DNA from: Camelus ferus
Taxonomy: Eukaryota
Reading direction: 5' to 3'
DNA length: 64,000 nt
Assembly (NCBI RefSeq): GCF_009834535.1
Contig: NC_045696.1
Coordinates: 35,404,001 to 35,468,000, forward strand
The notes under the pieces: model-generated
What the model was told of the DNA's origin: nothing
Database searches by the model: none
The model's input: the letters and a program-made list of their open reading frames with translations, nothing else
In this document: positions 40,008-54,804 of the stretch, piece after piece
Layout: each line of letters begins with the position of its first letter
Numbering within the stretch: the first letter of the stretch is position 1
Translations under genes and position numbers: made by a program

Positions 40008-40689
40008 CATAGTTAAATGCCTATGGTGTTTATTTTGGGCTTTTTAATGGGAAAAATTAGAATATAATGTTTCTCCTTCCTTAGTTGAGCAAATAGTTAC
40101 TGTATGACCCCCATTAGATATTGTGTCAGATGAGACAACAGCGTTTACAAAAAATTAAAATGGAATTTCTTCAGACCATTAACATACTGTCTAGCTTGCC
40201 ACAGTTTCCTTGAGACCCCATTGTGCCAAACCAGCTCTGCACTTTTATCTGATCTTCCCCTGCAAGTATATAAATTTTCAAGCACTCTGCTGGATTCTGC
40301 AGCTTCACAAAGAATGTGTACTCTTAAAGATCACATAAATTTACCTTCAGGGAAAATGTAACCTCTTTGGAGAAAAATGTTTAAGGAATCAGTGCAGGAG
40401 GAGGTAATATATACAATAATAGAATTATTTAGAAAGTGATGCAAAATGTACAGCTGAGGAGTACGGCACTCCGGCTTAGCAAGGAGGGAAAAAAATCTTG
40501 ACAGACATGGCGCCATATGAATTGGGACTTAAAGATCCAAGAGTAGCTCACTGTGTAGGCACTGGGAAGAGCAGAGCAGGGAAAAGAAGAATTTTGAATT
40601 GTATGTAAATGAAAGAGTGACAAGCTTCCCCCTTAAGATAATAATAAAAACCAGAAAAAAATTAAAATAAACAAAACTAAGTCAACAGA

Positions 40690-40900
40690 GAAGTGTGATT
40701 AAGAGTACTGTCTGTGAGCTACAGTGCCTAGATTCAAGTCTTCTCTCTGTTACTTCCTAGAGGGTGTCAACCTAATAATTCGGTAGCTTAGTGTCCTTAT
40801 CTATTGGAGGAGGCTATTAATAATTTTTACCCTATGGGTTAGTTATGGGGATTATATTAGATTATACATATCAAAACTTTGATAATTGTCTACTCAGTAG
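40690..40900 (+). mobile_element. Degenerate MIR
   Basis: GTGATTAAGAGT...TGCCTAGATTCAAGTC...GCTTAGTGTCCTTATCTAT. Confidence 0.5.
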
Positions 40901-43299
40901 AAAACAGTGCATGACTGTTGGGGACCAGGCAAGCCTGGTGAAGGAACACCAAATCCAAGAGGAGAATCCTAGGCATTTGGTTTTAGAAATCACATTTCAC
41001 TATACAGCATTCATTAACTTACATTTAATATCTACAGGACTACTGGATGATTGTTAATATTGAAAATGATGTACTACCCCTGACCCTCTTGGATCCAGTT
41101 TTATTGGAATGAAAGGTTAATTGTCTTCAAAACAATAAGGCTAAGATTTTAAAGTACTAAACAATGATAATTAATACAAATAAGGGTAAAATACACCCTT
41201 AAAATCACCACTATATATATCTCTCTCTATAAAACATGCATAAAGTGGTATGTGTTACATATATATTACATGTTTTATATATTTTATATGTAATATATAT
41301 GTAAAATAAAGTAGAAATAAATGCTAAATGGTATATATAGCAATCTAAATGGTTGTGAGATTTAGGAATTACTTCTCCATTAACTAGGGTATAAAATTAA
41401 CTAGGGCATCGCACCAGAATATTTTCTTTCCAGTGTACTGTTTCAGTGTAGTATTATGAGTCTCCTTAATTCACCAGAATGGATTCAGGCCTCGTATTTA
41501 GAGGAAGGTCACAGTACAGAAAGCAAACTGGGACACATTACCATTTTAGGTGTCATGTAGCTCTAGACGCTGAAGGATTCTGGAGCCGTGTAATAATAGA
41601 AAAATGCTGCTAGGAGCCATCCTGCTGCTAACCTAGTGCAAACAACTGCTTTAAAATATGCCAGCATTAGTCACATTTGGTCATGAAAGCAGAAACTGGT
41701 CATCAGGTGTAAAATTAGAAGCAGAATTTAGAGAAGTATTTTCTACGAAACGTATGTTGGCACATCTATTATTTACACATGAACTTTGGGTTTATCTGTG
41801 AATATTCTCTGAAATATCTTGTAGACAGTTGAACTAAAATTTATTTGGATAGTAAATAGAGATAACAAAGTTATGATTTGTATTACGATAATGTTTGAAA
41901 CCACAAAATAATATATTCTGTTGAATACGTTCTCTGTATGTGGACCATTTACAAGCTATTGGAACATTTGAGGTACCATAAATAAAGAAATGGTCAAACT
42001 TTGAACAAAAAAAACAAGAGAACCCTGTAACTTATGTAGTTGGCTGTTATTTTTGGATTTAAAAAAATTTTTAAGTTCAAAATCGCTTTCATGATCATTA
42101 ATAACTGTTTTCCCATTTAATAATGGCCTTGGCATTACTGTGGGAACAATTGTTACAATACTGATAAACCTGTTTTGCACAGTTTAATTTGTCATTAGAA
42201 AAAATTTCTCAATCATTGTATATTGGGTCAATTTTCTTTGTAAAATTTAGTTACACAAAATAATGTTCTTAATACACACCAGTTAGCTTTATAAGCTTAT
42301 TCCAGTATGATTACTTGTTATCTAAATATTAGATAAATAATATTAAACCATTATTTCATGCTCAAAATGTTTAAATTTTTATTCATTTATAAAGTTTCAT
42401 GTGATTCTATGAAATTATTTCTAATCCTGAACATGTGATTATTTAAGATCCCAGTTTATTTCATTGTTTTTGTTTACAGTCACATTCACTTTGAGCTGTG
42501 AAACTGAATACACTGCGTGTTGTAGAAAATTTACAGTCATATGATAATTTTAATAGTGGAATGTTTACCACTTTTGATTTGTTTACAATTATCTTTGTCA
42601 GGATTGAAATACAGTCAAGTCCATTCTCAAATATTCTCCCGGAAATGTAGCTTTTCTTTTAAAAATGCTATTTCAGAATATGTTAAAACATACTATGAAA
42701 GACATAAATTAATGTGTTTATAAAATGAAATTTCAATAAGGCAGCAGGTTTTATCTAAAAATATAGCGATGTGAAATATAGCAAGGCAGATTCTTGCATT
42801 TGTTTAAAACCCATTCATCTTTGCTCATAACTGAGGGGAATTTCCAGTTAAAATTTCATACAGATAACTAGTGGATCACAGTTCTACCAACACTGACATT
42901 AAAACTAGCCCTTTCTGTCTTGCAGAGACAGGGTGGTACATTGGTACTAATGCAGGGCTGAGAAGAGACCCGGATTTTTGTTAGTCTAGGTTTGGACCCT
43001 TATTAGCATTGTGATATTGGACACTTTCTCTCTCTCCAAACGTTAATTTCTTCATCTTTAACGAAAGTCTCTGGGTCCCTGTGTGTGATAAAATGCATTA
43101 TGCCAGACTCTTTTCTCTGTAGATTCCACTGAATCTTTTCTGTTCGATAATAAAACTGTATTTTTTTTAAACTACAATTACTGCCTTAACTTATTCTCTG
43201 CCCTACCCTCCTTTGGTCCATAAAGTTTTGGGAAAACCTCTGCTACCTTAAAAAAAAAAAAACAAAAAAACTTTGTAAGTCACTTGTATCTCTTTGCTA

Positions 43300-46200
43300 G
43301 CCACCACATTCTTTTCAGATTAAATGCTGTTCAGTCTAAAGTAGTCTTTATGTTAAATACAAAGTTCTTCCAATTCTCCCCCGTCTGGTCTCTCTGACTT
43401 TTTTCTTCTTGCTCTACTCGTACCTCTGTAAATGCTCTTTTTCTAGCAGTATTTACTCTACTTAACTTGTAGAAGTTTTTTTGATCTGGGGAACATTTCA
43501 GTATGAATGCTTTGAAAGCAATTTTTATATTAACACTTCTTTCATCAGCTCATCCTAATCCAGATTCTCTTCCTAATCTCTACACAGAAGCATTTCAAAA
43601 TACAGTTTCTAAAATTCCTTTTTGTCATATATATATTTAAATCACCCTAATCATTTCCAAAGCTTTAATTATGCAACTCCAAAACCTGAATTTCTAATCT
43701 TAGACCCCTTTTTCCCCCTGACTTCTGGGTGACCTTTCAAACTTTTGAAAACATCTCCATGTTTTTCGTTGACTCATTAGACTAGGTTTACATTAAATGA
43801 AACTGCTCCTCTTCCTCACATAACTTTTCCCACCTGCATTGCTGTCTCTCTCTGCTAATGACATTCATTTCCAAGTCACCAAGAGAGATTAGTGGAAAAT
43901 AGAATAGGCTTTGCAATGGAAGAGTTCTGGATTTGAGTTGAGGCTCTACCATTTACACCTATGTGATTTGGGGTAAGGGCTGAATCTCTTACTAAGCTTC
44001 GTTTGTCTCCTTTGTAGAATTAATTGATAACAGCACCTGCCACACAGGGTTTTTACAAGGATAAAATGATGCATTGCTGGGAAAGCCCATTACTATCATG
44101 TCCTCATAAAACGGTCAATATGATTACCAGATGTTAACTGAAAACCTCAGAGCCATTATCAAGTTTTCATTTTTTTTAAACAAATAGCCATCAATTGCCG
44201 AGTCTGAGTTTTACCCCTGAAATACTACTCGCATTCGAATATTAACCCATTCATTTATTCATTCAATAAATGGATTCTGTGGAAATGTGTTGGGTACTGG
44301 AAATCAATAATGAGCAAAATGGACAAGCTGCCTTCAGCCCTCCCTTGGCTAAGCACAGTATCTCTTAATTCATCTCCCTCCGTGCCTCCTCCAGCCTTCT
44401 GAATACTCTTGTAAGAGTAATGTGCCTAAATCAGATCTTTGACTCTCTTGAGTGATGAGAAAAGTATTCTACTCCAAACTGTTCACGTGGTCATCTTTCA
44501 CTCCTCTGACTGTCTGTTGTTCTCTTCAGAGCAACCAGAATGACCCTATGAAAAACTGAGGCTTCTCAGTCCTCCACTCAGATCTCAGGATTGGACCTCA
44601 TCTCCTCCAGCTCTGCCCCTCCCTCCCTTTCCCTGGCATTTCTTCCCTCTTCCCAGGACATTCCAGATACAGTCCCTTCCTTGTGGCTTTTTTCTCCAGA
44701 CACACTCCTCGGGGCTTTTTACTTCTGTTTCCTTTGCCTTGAATGCTCTTTCCGGAAATATCTGTTCTCCTCTAGTCAAATATCACCTGCCCAGTGAAGC
44801 CTTTCTCTGCTGTGAGCTATCCTTTCAGGCCTTTATTTAAACAACACTTTTCCGATGAGGTCTTCCTGGGTCATTCTTTTGGAAAATCTCCTCTCCTTCC
44901 AACACACACAACCATCCCCTCTCCTTGCCTCCTTTACTATTTCTCCCTAAAACATTCCACTATATCAGAAGACACACATTTTACTTCTCTAGATGTTTTT
45001 AGTCTGTCCCTCCCACTAGAGTAAGCTTCCTGAGGAGAGAGATTTCAGACCATTTTGTTACTGCTATAATTACAGCACCTAATAGTGCATAACGGGTGTT
45101 TGATAAATACGTAACACATTAATCAAGGAAACACTAGTGTCCTCTTACACTTTAGCAGCTTTGTGATATCCAAGCTCAGATGGCATCTTTGTGTTTCTAT
45201 GTGTTTTTCCATATTGTTGCCTCTGCCTGGAATATGTTATTTTTCCTCTTTCTCCATCATCACGCATTCTCACTAGTCAGAAGTCTACTTGTGTTTACGT
45301 TTCTTGCCTAAATGCCACCTTCTGGCTACTGTTCTCTTCCTCTGGTCTCCCATTAGCTGCTGCCATTCTTTGATGGTGTATGTCACAGTCTCCACCCTTC
45401 TCTAATGTCCTTCACCCAATCTGTCATCGTCTTTTGGGTCTACTACCAAGATAGTTCCAGAATTTGATCTGCTCTCCCCACTTTTACCAATAATTTCCTA
45501 TCCTCGGTCACTTGAACCAATAGAATAACCTCCTAATGATCTCACTTCTTAAGATCTTTGTTCTTTACAGTTTATTTTTCACACAGCAGTCCTTAACATT
45601 TTTAATACATGAATTAGACTCATGTGTCACTCCTCTGGCCAGAGCCTTTACTGAATTCCCATTTGTCTGAGCATAAAATCCAGACTCCTTCCCGAGGCCA
45701 ACAAGGACCTAAATGCTCTTATACTCAACTTCCCCTCTGATCTGAGGTTTCACCTCTTCACTCCTGGATCACTCCGTTTCAGCCACAGTGGCCTCCTTGG
45801 TATGCCCTGATTACAAACCACCCTCGATCTCCCTGCCCGTGGGCTTTCTGGACTCTTAATCTGGGATATTATATCCACAGATAGTCTTTAGGCCTGGTTC
45901 CTCACTTCATTCAAGTGGCTGCAAAAATGAGAACTTATTCCTGGTTCCTCCATGTAAAACATCATTTCATCGCCCAACTGTGGTCTTATATCCCCTTACC
46001 CTGTCTTTGCATTTGTTTTTCTTCATAATGATTTTCACCATCTCACTTGTCATGTGTGTTTGTTTGCTTACTCTTTGTTTTCTTTCAAGGGGAACATAAA
46101 CTCCAGGAAAACATTGGTGGCTTTATTGCTGAAGGAGGTCCCCAGGGCATAGCAGAGTGCCTGGCCCACAGTGGATTTCCACTGACTGTATGAATGACTG

Positions 46201-46340
46201 TCCAACATTACACTTGCCCTAGTATATTTCCATTCTTATAATGAAGATTTTCAAGGGCAGGAAACCATGACTTCTGCAGCTTTATCATGATAGTACCAGA
46301 AACAATGTTGTAACATGTAAGTCCTGAATAAATATTTGTT
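43300..46340. mobile_element. Cluster of nested LINE-2 fragments with a MIR at ~43890..44100
   Basis: Several L2 body motifs (ATAAAATCCAGACTCCTT, CTCTGCCTGGAATA, CAGCCACAGTGGCCTCCTTG) and L2 termini near 44250 (minus), 45110, 46195 and 46335. MIR: TTCTGGATTTGAG...CTCTACCATTTAC...TGTGATTTGGGGTAAG. Confidence 0.65.
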
Positions 46341-49300
46341 TTATTTAGTTAGCAGGTCACAACTATGTAAGCACTTATTAACTATCAACATAATCTGTTA
46401 AGCAACTGAGCAATACTGTCAGAAAGGTACTATTATCATCTCCATTTAGACATGACATAACTGAAACTTAACACACTGACCAGTATGAAGTAAACGCATC
46501 ATCATAATAATGCATTTTAATCTTATTAAGACATATAATATCTATTAATATGTTACACAGATATATACTTTTTATTTAAAAAATAATAGTGAAAGAGACT
46601 GAAATCACATGTCTGATAAAGTTACAGAACTATAATACCTAGTGAAGTGTGGAATAATATTGGCAAAATTTTACTCCACATAGAATAGCAAATATATCAT
46701 AGATAAGAGACAGCAGGCTCATTTGTAATACAGATATGAAGCAGTCCAATATTCTGTTAACTTCTGTCATTAATTATATTTATTGAATTTTAAAACAGTA
46801 AAACAAACTATGCTTGTGAGAAATTGTGGAGACCTTAAATAAATTTGAAGAATCTCTAGATTAGTAAAATAAGCATAGGAACTAGGGAAAGCTTGAATTA
46901 AAATTACATTCCCATTATTTTATAAGGAAAACAAATCCACATATTCCAATGACATTTTTTGTTAACTTAGCTTTAGCAGAATGATAATAACGTTATTTAC
47001 TTGTTGTTTCCTGCCTCCCAGGTGCCGCACGCTGTTACAACTATTTTAAATGGATAATCTACTTTTGTTCACAACAGCTCTAGAAAGAATTCACTATGAT
47101 TTTTCCCATTTAGAGTTGTGTAAATTAAATCATAATCTATTAAACCTCCTATTAAGTAGCAGGGCTAGATTTCAAGCCGAGGGTCTGTCTGCCTCTAGAG
47201 CTGAGGCCCTGGGCTCCCTCAGATACTCAATGGATAAAGGGTTAAAAATGTTCCTGTGAGACAGGGTTGCCACCACTGAGGGAACAACAGCAGAAGATGT
47301 CTCCGCAGCTTGAAAATTGTTGCTATAAAGCAGCTTACACTTCAGAAAAATGCTTTCAAGCATTGCACTTATTGTGTTAAAAAATAAACTGAGTTATCTG
47401 AAGATCTGTACAGCTTAGCATCTGCTCCACAGTGACATGAGTTAATTTCATTTCCGTCACCATGAGGGCTCCGCAGGTATACCGTAAATTGCTATGAATT
47501 ACTGTGGCTGTGACCCATTATCATAGCAGGAAATTACATGAGTCTCACAACTCGTATGAAATGTACTGCTGTCACTGCTATGCATTAATTTCTAAGTAGC
47601 TGGCCATTTGTAATAATTCTGTAAATGTCCATTTTAGCACAGTTTTCAGTCTAGACAAGTTAAGCCAATGTGCTTGGAATTTTCCCCCATTATTTTCAAG
47701 CAGTTATACTGAATTCTAAAATTACCTTTTTATTGGGCAATTTTGTATGAATATTTTTCCAAGAATTGGAAACATGTTAGTCTCATTGTCTTACTCCCTG
47801 ATATTTAAGGGAAGTTTCTATGAACAGTTAAGTTATTTGGCTATATATGAACAGAAAGAGTGAAGAAAGTTCAGATAAATATAAACAGTTTTTCCCAACT
47901 TCTGTGGAATAGATAAATATTTTATTTATGATTTTTCAACTATTTTGGCTCCTCTTTATGGAGGTAATTTTCAGATAATGGTATACTTCATGATCATAGT
48001 TCTAAAAGTAACATTTTTGCAAATATGTTTCCTTTACATTATGAATAGAATATTTCACCATCAAAATCAAACCTCAATAATGCAAACTATACTTTTCCTA
48101 TCTTTCCTTTACAATGACGTTTTTTCCCTTCACAGGAAAATTAAATTCAAATATTAGGTTTAATTGAAAACTTTTGACAATGGTGAATTTAGATATGGTG
48201 TCCCCATAGTATATTTTGCTTTAGTGTATCATATTTCTTACAAGTTAATTCCTCTGGCCAGAAAGTCACTTTTTGGTAGATCTTGAAACATTTTTGCATC
48301 ATTTTGGAAAGTGTTTTCATTGCCACCCCACCATTTCCCAAACTGTAAGATTCATTTTCTTCATCTTTCAAAAAATCTTCACCATCTATTCTAAAAATCT
48401 ATGTCATAAATTTATTAACCTATATTTTCTAGAAATTTACTGCCTTCTTCTTTTTTTAAATTTTTACAAAATGTTTATTAATTTGATGTATGTCTTACAT
48501 TTACACTGTTAAGGCCACTCTGACACATAACTATCCAGAGTGTTGATTTTTAAAACTCAGTGCCTTCTGTACCCAAAAGCGTAATTCTGTGCTTTGCTAG
48601 TTATGTAAGTGTAACATCTGGCACATCACATGATGTATAATTTTAGAAAATTTCTATAAAGTGTTTGGTTTTAGGCACAGGGCTAGATGTTTGGGAGGGA
48701 AAGATAAGCCAAACCAGAGACCATACCAGCGAGAAAGAATAATGAAAAAGAAATAAGTGAATATGTCTTTATAAAATAAAAATGGATATAACAATTGATG
48801 AGGACAGTGTGTTCTTTAAGAACAGAGATATTTCCTGTCTCCTTTTTTTACTGCATTATCAATATAGATCTTGGCACATAGTAGTTATTCAATAAACGTT
48901 CATTAAATGTTCTTGAAAGAACCACATATAGGGTCTACGAGAACACTATTTCATAAGAGAAAAATGAAAGAAATGCATTTATTGATGTACATGGACCTTG
49001 AATTTTTTTTTCTGATAATGCTTGCAATCATTCAGTACAAACAGGAATCTTTCTGAAATATGTTTTAGCAGTCAAAAATTATAATATAATGAGCTGTGTT
49101 ACTCTGCACATGTAGCTGGATCCTATATACATTCATAAGAAACGAGTATGTCCCTTTGTAATCCTCTGGGAACTATTCAGTGTTCATTCATTCACCAGAG
49201 GTCATCATCTTCAGGCCTCTCTCCTGGATCTTTGTGGTGGGCTTTCTGAAGCGCCCTCCTTCCCTCTCTTGGCGGAACCAGCTCCCCATCCAGAGCTCAC

Positions 49301-50220
49301 ATTGGGTCCCTTTCAGTAGTTTCTCGCTGCAGCAAGTGAAGTGGATACACGTCAGTGGATATTTCCAAATTGGCCCGGATCTTTCTTTTCTAAGTAACTG
49401 CCAGCATGCCCACTGCTCAGTGCCCTATGTTCCCGCCCTGCTGGAAGCCAGTTCCTTAAACAGAGTCTGTCCTCACACGTCTTCCCGCTTTCTCACAGTT
49501 TTCCTTCCAGTGTGCCCCCGTATTTCTGCCTGCAGATGTTCTAGTCATCCTCCGTTTCCATTTCTTCTTCTGTAATACTTTTCCAGGACCGTCCTTCTGG
49601 TGGTAATCCTTCCCTTCTCCAAGCTCCTTGCCGTACCCTGAAGAGAGAGCGTATCATCGTCTGCCCTGTGTGGTACCTGTGCATCTCCCTCCAGCACCAA
49701 CTTCTGGATAGCGATAGTCTCATTTTCCCTATCTGTTTACTATCCTGGGCTTTGCATATAGGAATATTTAATAAATGCACATGGAATCAAATGAAACTGC
49801 TCTTATAGAGACATCTTAAAAAATTGCAGATCACTACAGAAATCACAGTAGGATACCCTCAAACTATAGAAAATGCTAAAAACTGGAGCATGTCTAAAAT
49901 CAGTTGTCTTGCATTAATACTGGGAGAAATATGTGATTGAAGGAAACCCTCCCCCCTACACTATTTACGTCTATTCGTAATGCACAAGTTTTGCATTTAC
50001 CACCAGATGTGAAATAGAGCATTATGATTCAATTTATGTTGTTTATTATAATAAAATCTTACAAATCTCTGTAGGAGGTAGAAGATGAGGATATGCAGGT
50101 GAGCTTCTATGTAAGACACATCTGGGCCTTGGCAAATTGGAATCAAAAAACAGAGGGGATGGATGAGGGCTGAGCAAAAGGTCCTTCTGCAGAGACAGAG
50201 GCAGGGCTATCTAGAAACTT

Positions 50221-50288
50221 TATTTTTTTTTTTTTAATTTATTTTTTAAACATTTTTTATTGATTTATAATCATTTTACAATGTTGTG
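50221..50288 (-). mobile_element. 68-bp, extremely 5'-truncated young L1 tail
   Basis: T-rich tail plus TTTATTGATTTATAATCATTTTACAATGTTGTG (L1 3' terminus, similar to 54505-54540), flanked by a perfect 11-bp TSD TCTAGAAACTT (50210-50220 and 50289-50299). Confidence 0.85.
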
Positions 50289-51436
50289 TCTAGAAACTTC
50301 AGACGTAGTTTCTGAGGAGATTCAGAAGTCTTAGATACTGGTATTGGAGTGTGCTGTCAGAACTGAATGATCCACTTGGCCAAGGGACATCGATCATTGG
50401 CTCCCAACCTTAGAGGAATCACGCAAGCACATTCGATTCACCCAGGCTGTATAAAAAGAAAGAATTAGTTTGGATTGGCACCTATGAAGCAGTATTTTTA
50501 AAAAGCTCCCTGGTTAATGCTTAGCCAAAAAGAAAAACCTGTGATGTAAGGAAGTTAGACAGGCTGTGGTCTGAAGTGTGGGACATACGTCCACAGGTGC
50601 ATAGATGTGGCAACAGCCCTGAGATCTCAGTACAGTACCACTGAATCCCAGCTGGGAGGAAGAGAACTAAAATGAAGCCCTAGAGAGGTGAAGGCTGCCC
50701 TCCTTCTGGTTTCAGTCTAGGGAGTTTAGGAACTGAGCCGTCCTGAGACGCATTTGTGAGTGTGGGGTGCTGGGTAACATACAGACAGAGAATCCAAGGT
50801 AGGGGCTGGTGACAGCCCCAGGACCCCCACACGCTCAGGCTTTCTGAAGACACCACCTGTGTCTTGTAGTAACTGCAGAATGTACCAGGGTCTCCTTAAT
50901 ACTCCTGAGATTTCTGAACAGGGATCATATGTTATCCTGGTCCTCACTTGGTCTCGTACTCTCTGAAATCCTTTGCTGGCTTTCCTCAATAATAATCTCT
51001 GGTCTTTTCACTCCTTTCCTGGTTTTCCAGCACTTTTCAGTTTATTTTACTGAAACTGGGACATTGTCCTCCCTGTTTTCCAGTAAGACACTTCAAATAC
51101 CAATATCAAACTTCTGCTAAATACTTAGGAGTTAAAGGTGGGTAGGAGAATGGATGCTAGTCATTGTTGTGAAGACTACTGGACAGACCGTCTCAGGCAC
51201 GCTCCTTCTGGCATTTTTATCCTTGGACTCTGGCCCGCATCTTGTTACTGATGCTGGCTTCTCAGTATCAAATCTCCATATTCCCTCTCTTCAATCCTCT
51301 GGTTACAAATGTGTTGCTCTGACTTGACCCCAGATCATCATCAACAACAGCAAAACCCCAGGAGCCCAATTATTCTCTTTCTCATTTGTCTCAACTGTTT
51401 TATTTAACTCTGTCTTTTTATGTAGTACTATTACAA

Positions 51437-51437
<1 letters not shown>

Positions 51438-51477
<40 letters not shown>
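51438..51477. repeat. (TG)20 microsatellite
   Basis: Read directly. Confidence 0.97.
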
Positions 51478-51481
<4 letters not shown>

Positions 51482-51880
51482 CTTTTGAGACCTATGGGCT
51501 AAGAAAAACTATTTATGAATAAATGGAAATAACACTTTATGTGGATATGTCTGTGCCTGACACTTGACCGTGACATCCTTACTGTAAGTGATTATGCATC
51601 TCCACATTTAAAAATTCTGATACATGGTAAATCTTCAAGTATTTCTAGGATGAACACTGAATCTTGCAATGGCTGTAGTGTGTACAAAGGGAAAGAAACA
51701 TGGGAGTAAGGGACATAAGTGGTGAAAGAATAACATGAACCAACTTATATCACATACAATTATTGAGTGCAAGATTAGCCATCATGAGCATTTTATAAAG
51801 TGCAGAACTATATGCTTCTTATTAACCATTGAAATGCAAATGTAGTATTGTAAACATAAGAACATTGGTTATCATTTTCT

Positions 51881-52145
51881 TTTTTTATTGAAGAATAGTC
51901 ACAGTGTGTCAGTTTCTGATGTACAGCATATGTTTCAATCATACATATACATACATATATTCATTTTCATATTCTTTTCCATTATAAGTTACTACAAGAT
52001 ATTGAATATAGTTCTCTGTGCCATGTAGTAGAAACTTCTTTATCTATTTTATGTGTAATAGTATCTGCAAATCTTGAACTCCCAATTTATCCCTTTCCAC
52101 TTCCTTTCCCAGCTGGTAACCATAAGTTTGTTTTCTGTGTCTGTG
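51881..52145 (-). mobile_element. 5'-truncated L1 (3' UTR only)
   Basis: Homologous to 54505-54770. TSD ATTG(G/A)TTATCATTTTCT at 51864-51880 and 52146-52162. Confidence 0.9.
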
Positions 52146-54804
52146 ATTGATTATCATTTTCTTTTTATTATCACTGCAAAATTGAAATCGTATAAGGTAA
52201 ATCATAAAGTTACTTTTCCTCACTTTAATATTTCTTTAATTGAGTTAGCCTATGCACTAAATGTAATGCAAGTTCTCTCTCTCAAAGAAAATATAAACAT
52301 TTTTCTCCTTACTCCTTATTAACAAGTATCTAAAAATGTATCCAAGAGAGTATAAATGAGTATAAATCCATAATTACTATAACCGAGGTTTATCAAAATG
52401 AGAGTTATTAGGTTAAATGCTAATTAATTGTTAAAAAAAATGTTTTCCCTCAAAATACATCTTTGACTCAGTGTCAAGGAGCTGTGCTATCTAGAAAAGA
52501 TAAATCAAGAGTCTCCTTCACATCGTGCTCTGTGCTTTGTTGAAGGAGGGGCTCACTGTGCTTATGCTCCAGGGAGTAGATTTCAGAATGACCCTTCTCG
52601 GGAAAGGAAGTCTGGTTAGGTGGTTTTCTTATGGTTGTAATAATCTGGAAAAAGAGAAAAACAAGAAACTCAGTTCTGGCCTCTGTGGTCGAATAATAAA
52701 AGCTCCTAGTAAGAATCTGGGAACCAAGCTAAACATCAGAATTACTGATTTTGGAGAATTTGAGCTTTAGAAAGAATTCCAGTTCTTACTAGTTCTGGGT
52801 CCCCTTCTACTGAAGACAATGTTACTACTAGACAACTCCTGCAGAGTATTATTTTTTTTAAGAATTAGAAAAATGAAGAGATAGATGCTTTACACTCCCC
52901 AATTCTATTTGTCACCCATTCTATGTCACCCATTTTCTTTTTCCATGTTGGCCTTGGGACAATTACTATGACAATATATTATCTCTAATAATTTATGAAC
53001 ATGCAGTTTAGTTCTTGGAGTAGGAAGATAGGATAAACATGAGCATTCTTTAAATTTATAAAGTATAAACATTATAGCAGCAGTTTTAATTAATGATTTC
53101 TGTTGCTGTTGTTGCAAAAACACTCATTTGGGGATTTTATTTCCACTGTCCAGTCCTCAGCAAATGCTGGAGTTTGAGACTTGTTTTTTGTAAGTGGCCT
53201 GAGATGGCAAGCCACATCACTTACAGGCAATTTGGTCTTCATTACAAATTAATGAAGTGATAATTGCTCTCTGCAACCTTTTACGCACAAAGCATGCTGG
53301 TGCTGTTTGCATCATCTTCCTGCAATTTGTACCTCTGCATCCGAGACTTGTGTTAGCTTGCCAAATTAGCACTGAGAGGGAAAATGTTAAACTACAGTGA
53401 GATCTCCGTAATTAAAATCCTATTTTTACATCAAATTATGAAAATCTTTACCTAGTCTTATTTCTGTTTGATGTCTAGTAAAATGCTGTCCAAGGCAGGG
53501 GAACTTTGCAACTGATTCATTAGTCCAACCAAGTACAAACTCTTATCTATTGTGAAAGGAAATCTTGACCTAAAATTTTTTAAGTCAAATGGTTAATTTT
53601 TAAATTAATTTTCCTCGTTAGCTCTGTACTTTATAATGCTGTTGTAGAACCAATATTATGATAATAGAGAAGATTCCACGTAATATTGACTTTTTAACAT
53701 CACAATTTTTGAGCTCTCGGTTTACTCTTTTTAATTCTTCTGATATTAATGTTATACATTAGTTTTGCTTTGAATGTGACTTCATTGTTTATAGGCACCT
53801 TAGTGTAAAATCCTCAGAAATAAGACTCATATATACTTTTCTTTTTTTAAAGCTCTCTGTATAATACACTCATAGAGTGGATGTTTGAAAACAGTATATT
53901 GGTGATTATTAAAAGTACAGTGTGAATACTGTCTTTTCTTATATTAATGTATAGATATATTTTGTGTATTAGGTCTACAGTTTTCTAAAATAACCCAGAT
54001 TTGATCCTTTGTTGGACCTTGGATATGACGATGAGGTCAAGAGAATTTTGCCTCGAGAAAATGAGAATTTCTCATATATTCTAGACCCTGAATGATCATA
54101 GTTATTAAAATAAGTAGTGCTTTTTACTTGTTTATTTTTGTTTTGCTTTCAGGCTGGTAGGAAAACTAAGAATAAAAAGTTTTAGAACTGTATTTCTCAC
54201 ACTGGTGGGGGTCCATAAATTGGTTTTGATAATTCAAACACCCTGATATAAATAATTATTTTTTTCTTTAATGAGGTTCAAAGGCCAAATAAAACACTAT
54301 ATTTCTTTACTTTTGGTTACTATCAATTAAATAAAGTGGCACATCTCATTTTGTGGCCAGAAGTTGTGGATTGGAATTCTTACATGTTGCTAATGAATAC
54401 AAATAGAAAAAAGTGTGAATACACTTTAAATGCTAATGCTTTAGTTAGAAAGTATTTAAAACTTGTCTATCCTTCTGAAAATAAGTAACTTTTTTTGTAT
54501 TCTTTATTTATTGAAGTATAGTCAGTTTACAATGTTGTGCCAATTTCCAGTGTACAGCATAATGTTTTAGTCATACATATATATACATATATTCATTTTC
54601 TTATTCTTTTTCATTATAGGTTACTACAAGAAATCGAACATACTTCCCTGTGCTATACATTGTAAACTTGTTGTTTATCTATTTTATGTATAGTAGTTAG
54701 TATCTGCAAATTTCGAACTCATGATTTATCCCTTCCCACCCCCTTTGTTTGTTCTCTATTTCTGTTTCTGTTTTGTAAATCAGTTCATTTGTGTCTTTTT
54801 TTTT

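Noticed and set aside
40507..40516. Palindrome ATGGCGCCAT with YY1-like cores
   Set aside because: 10-bp palindromes are expected by chance in 64 kb; no promoter context.
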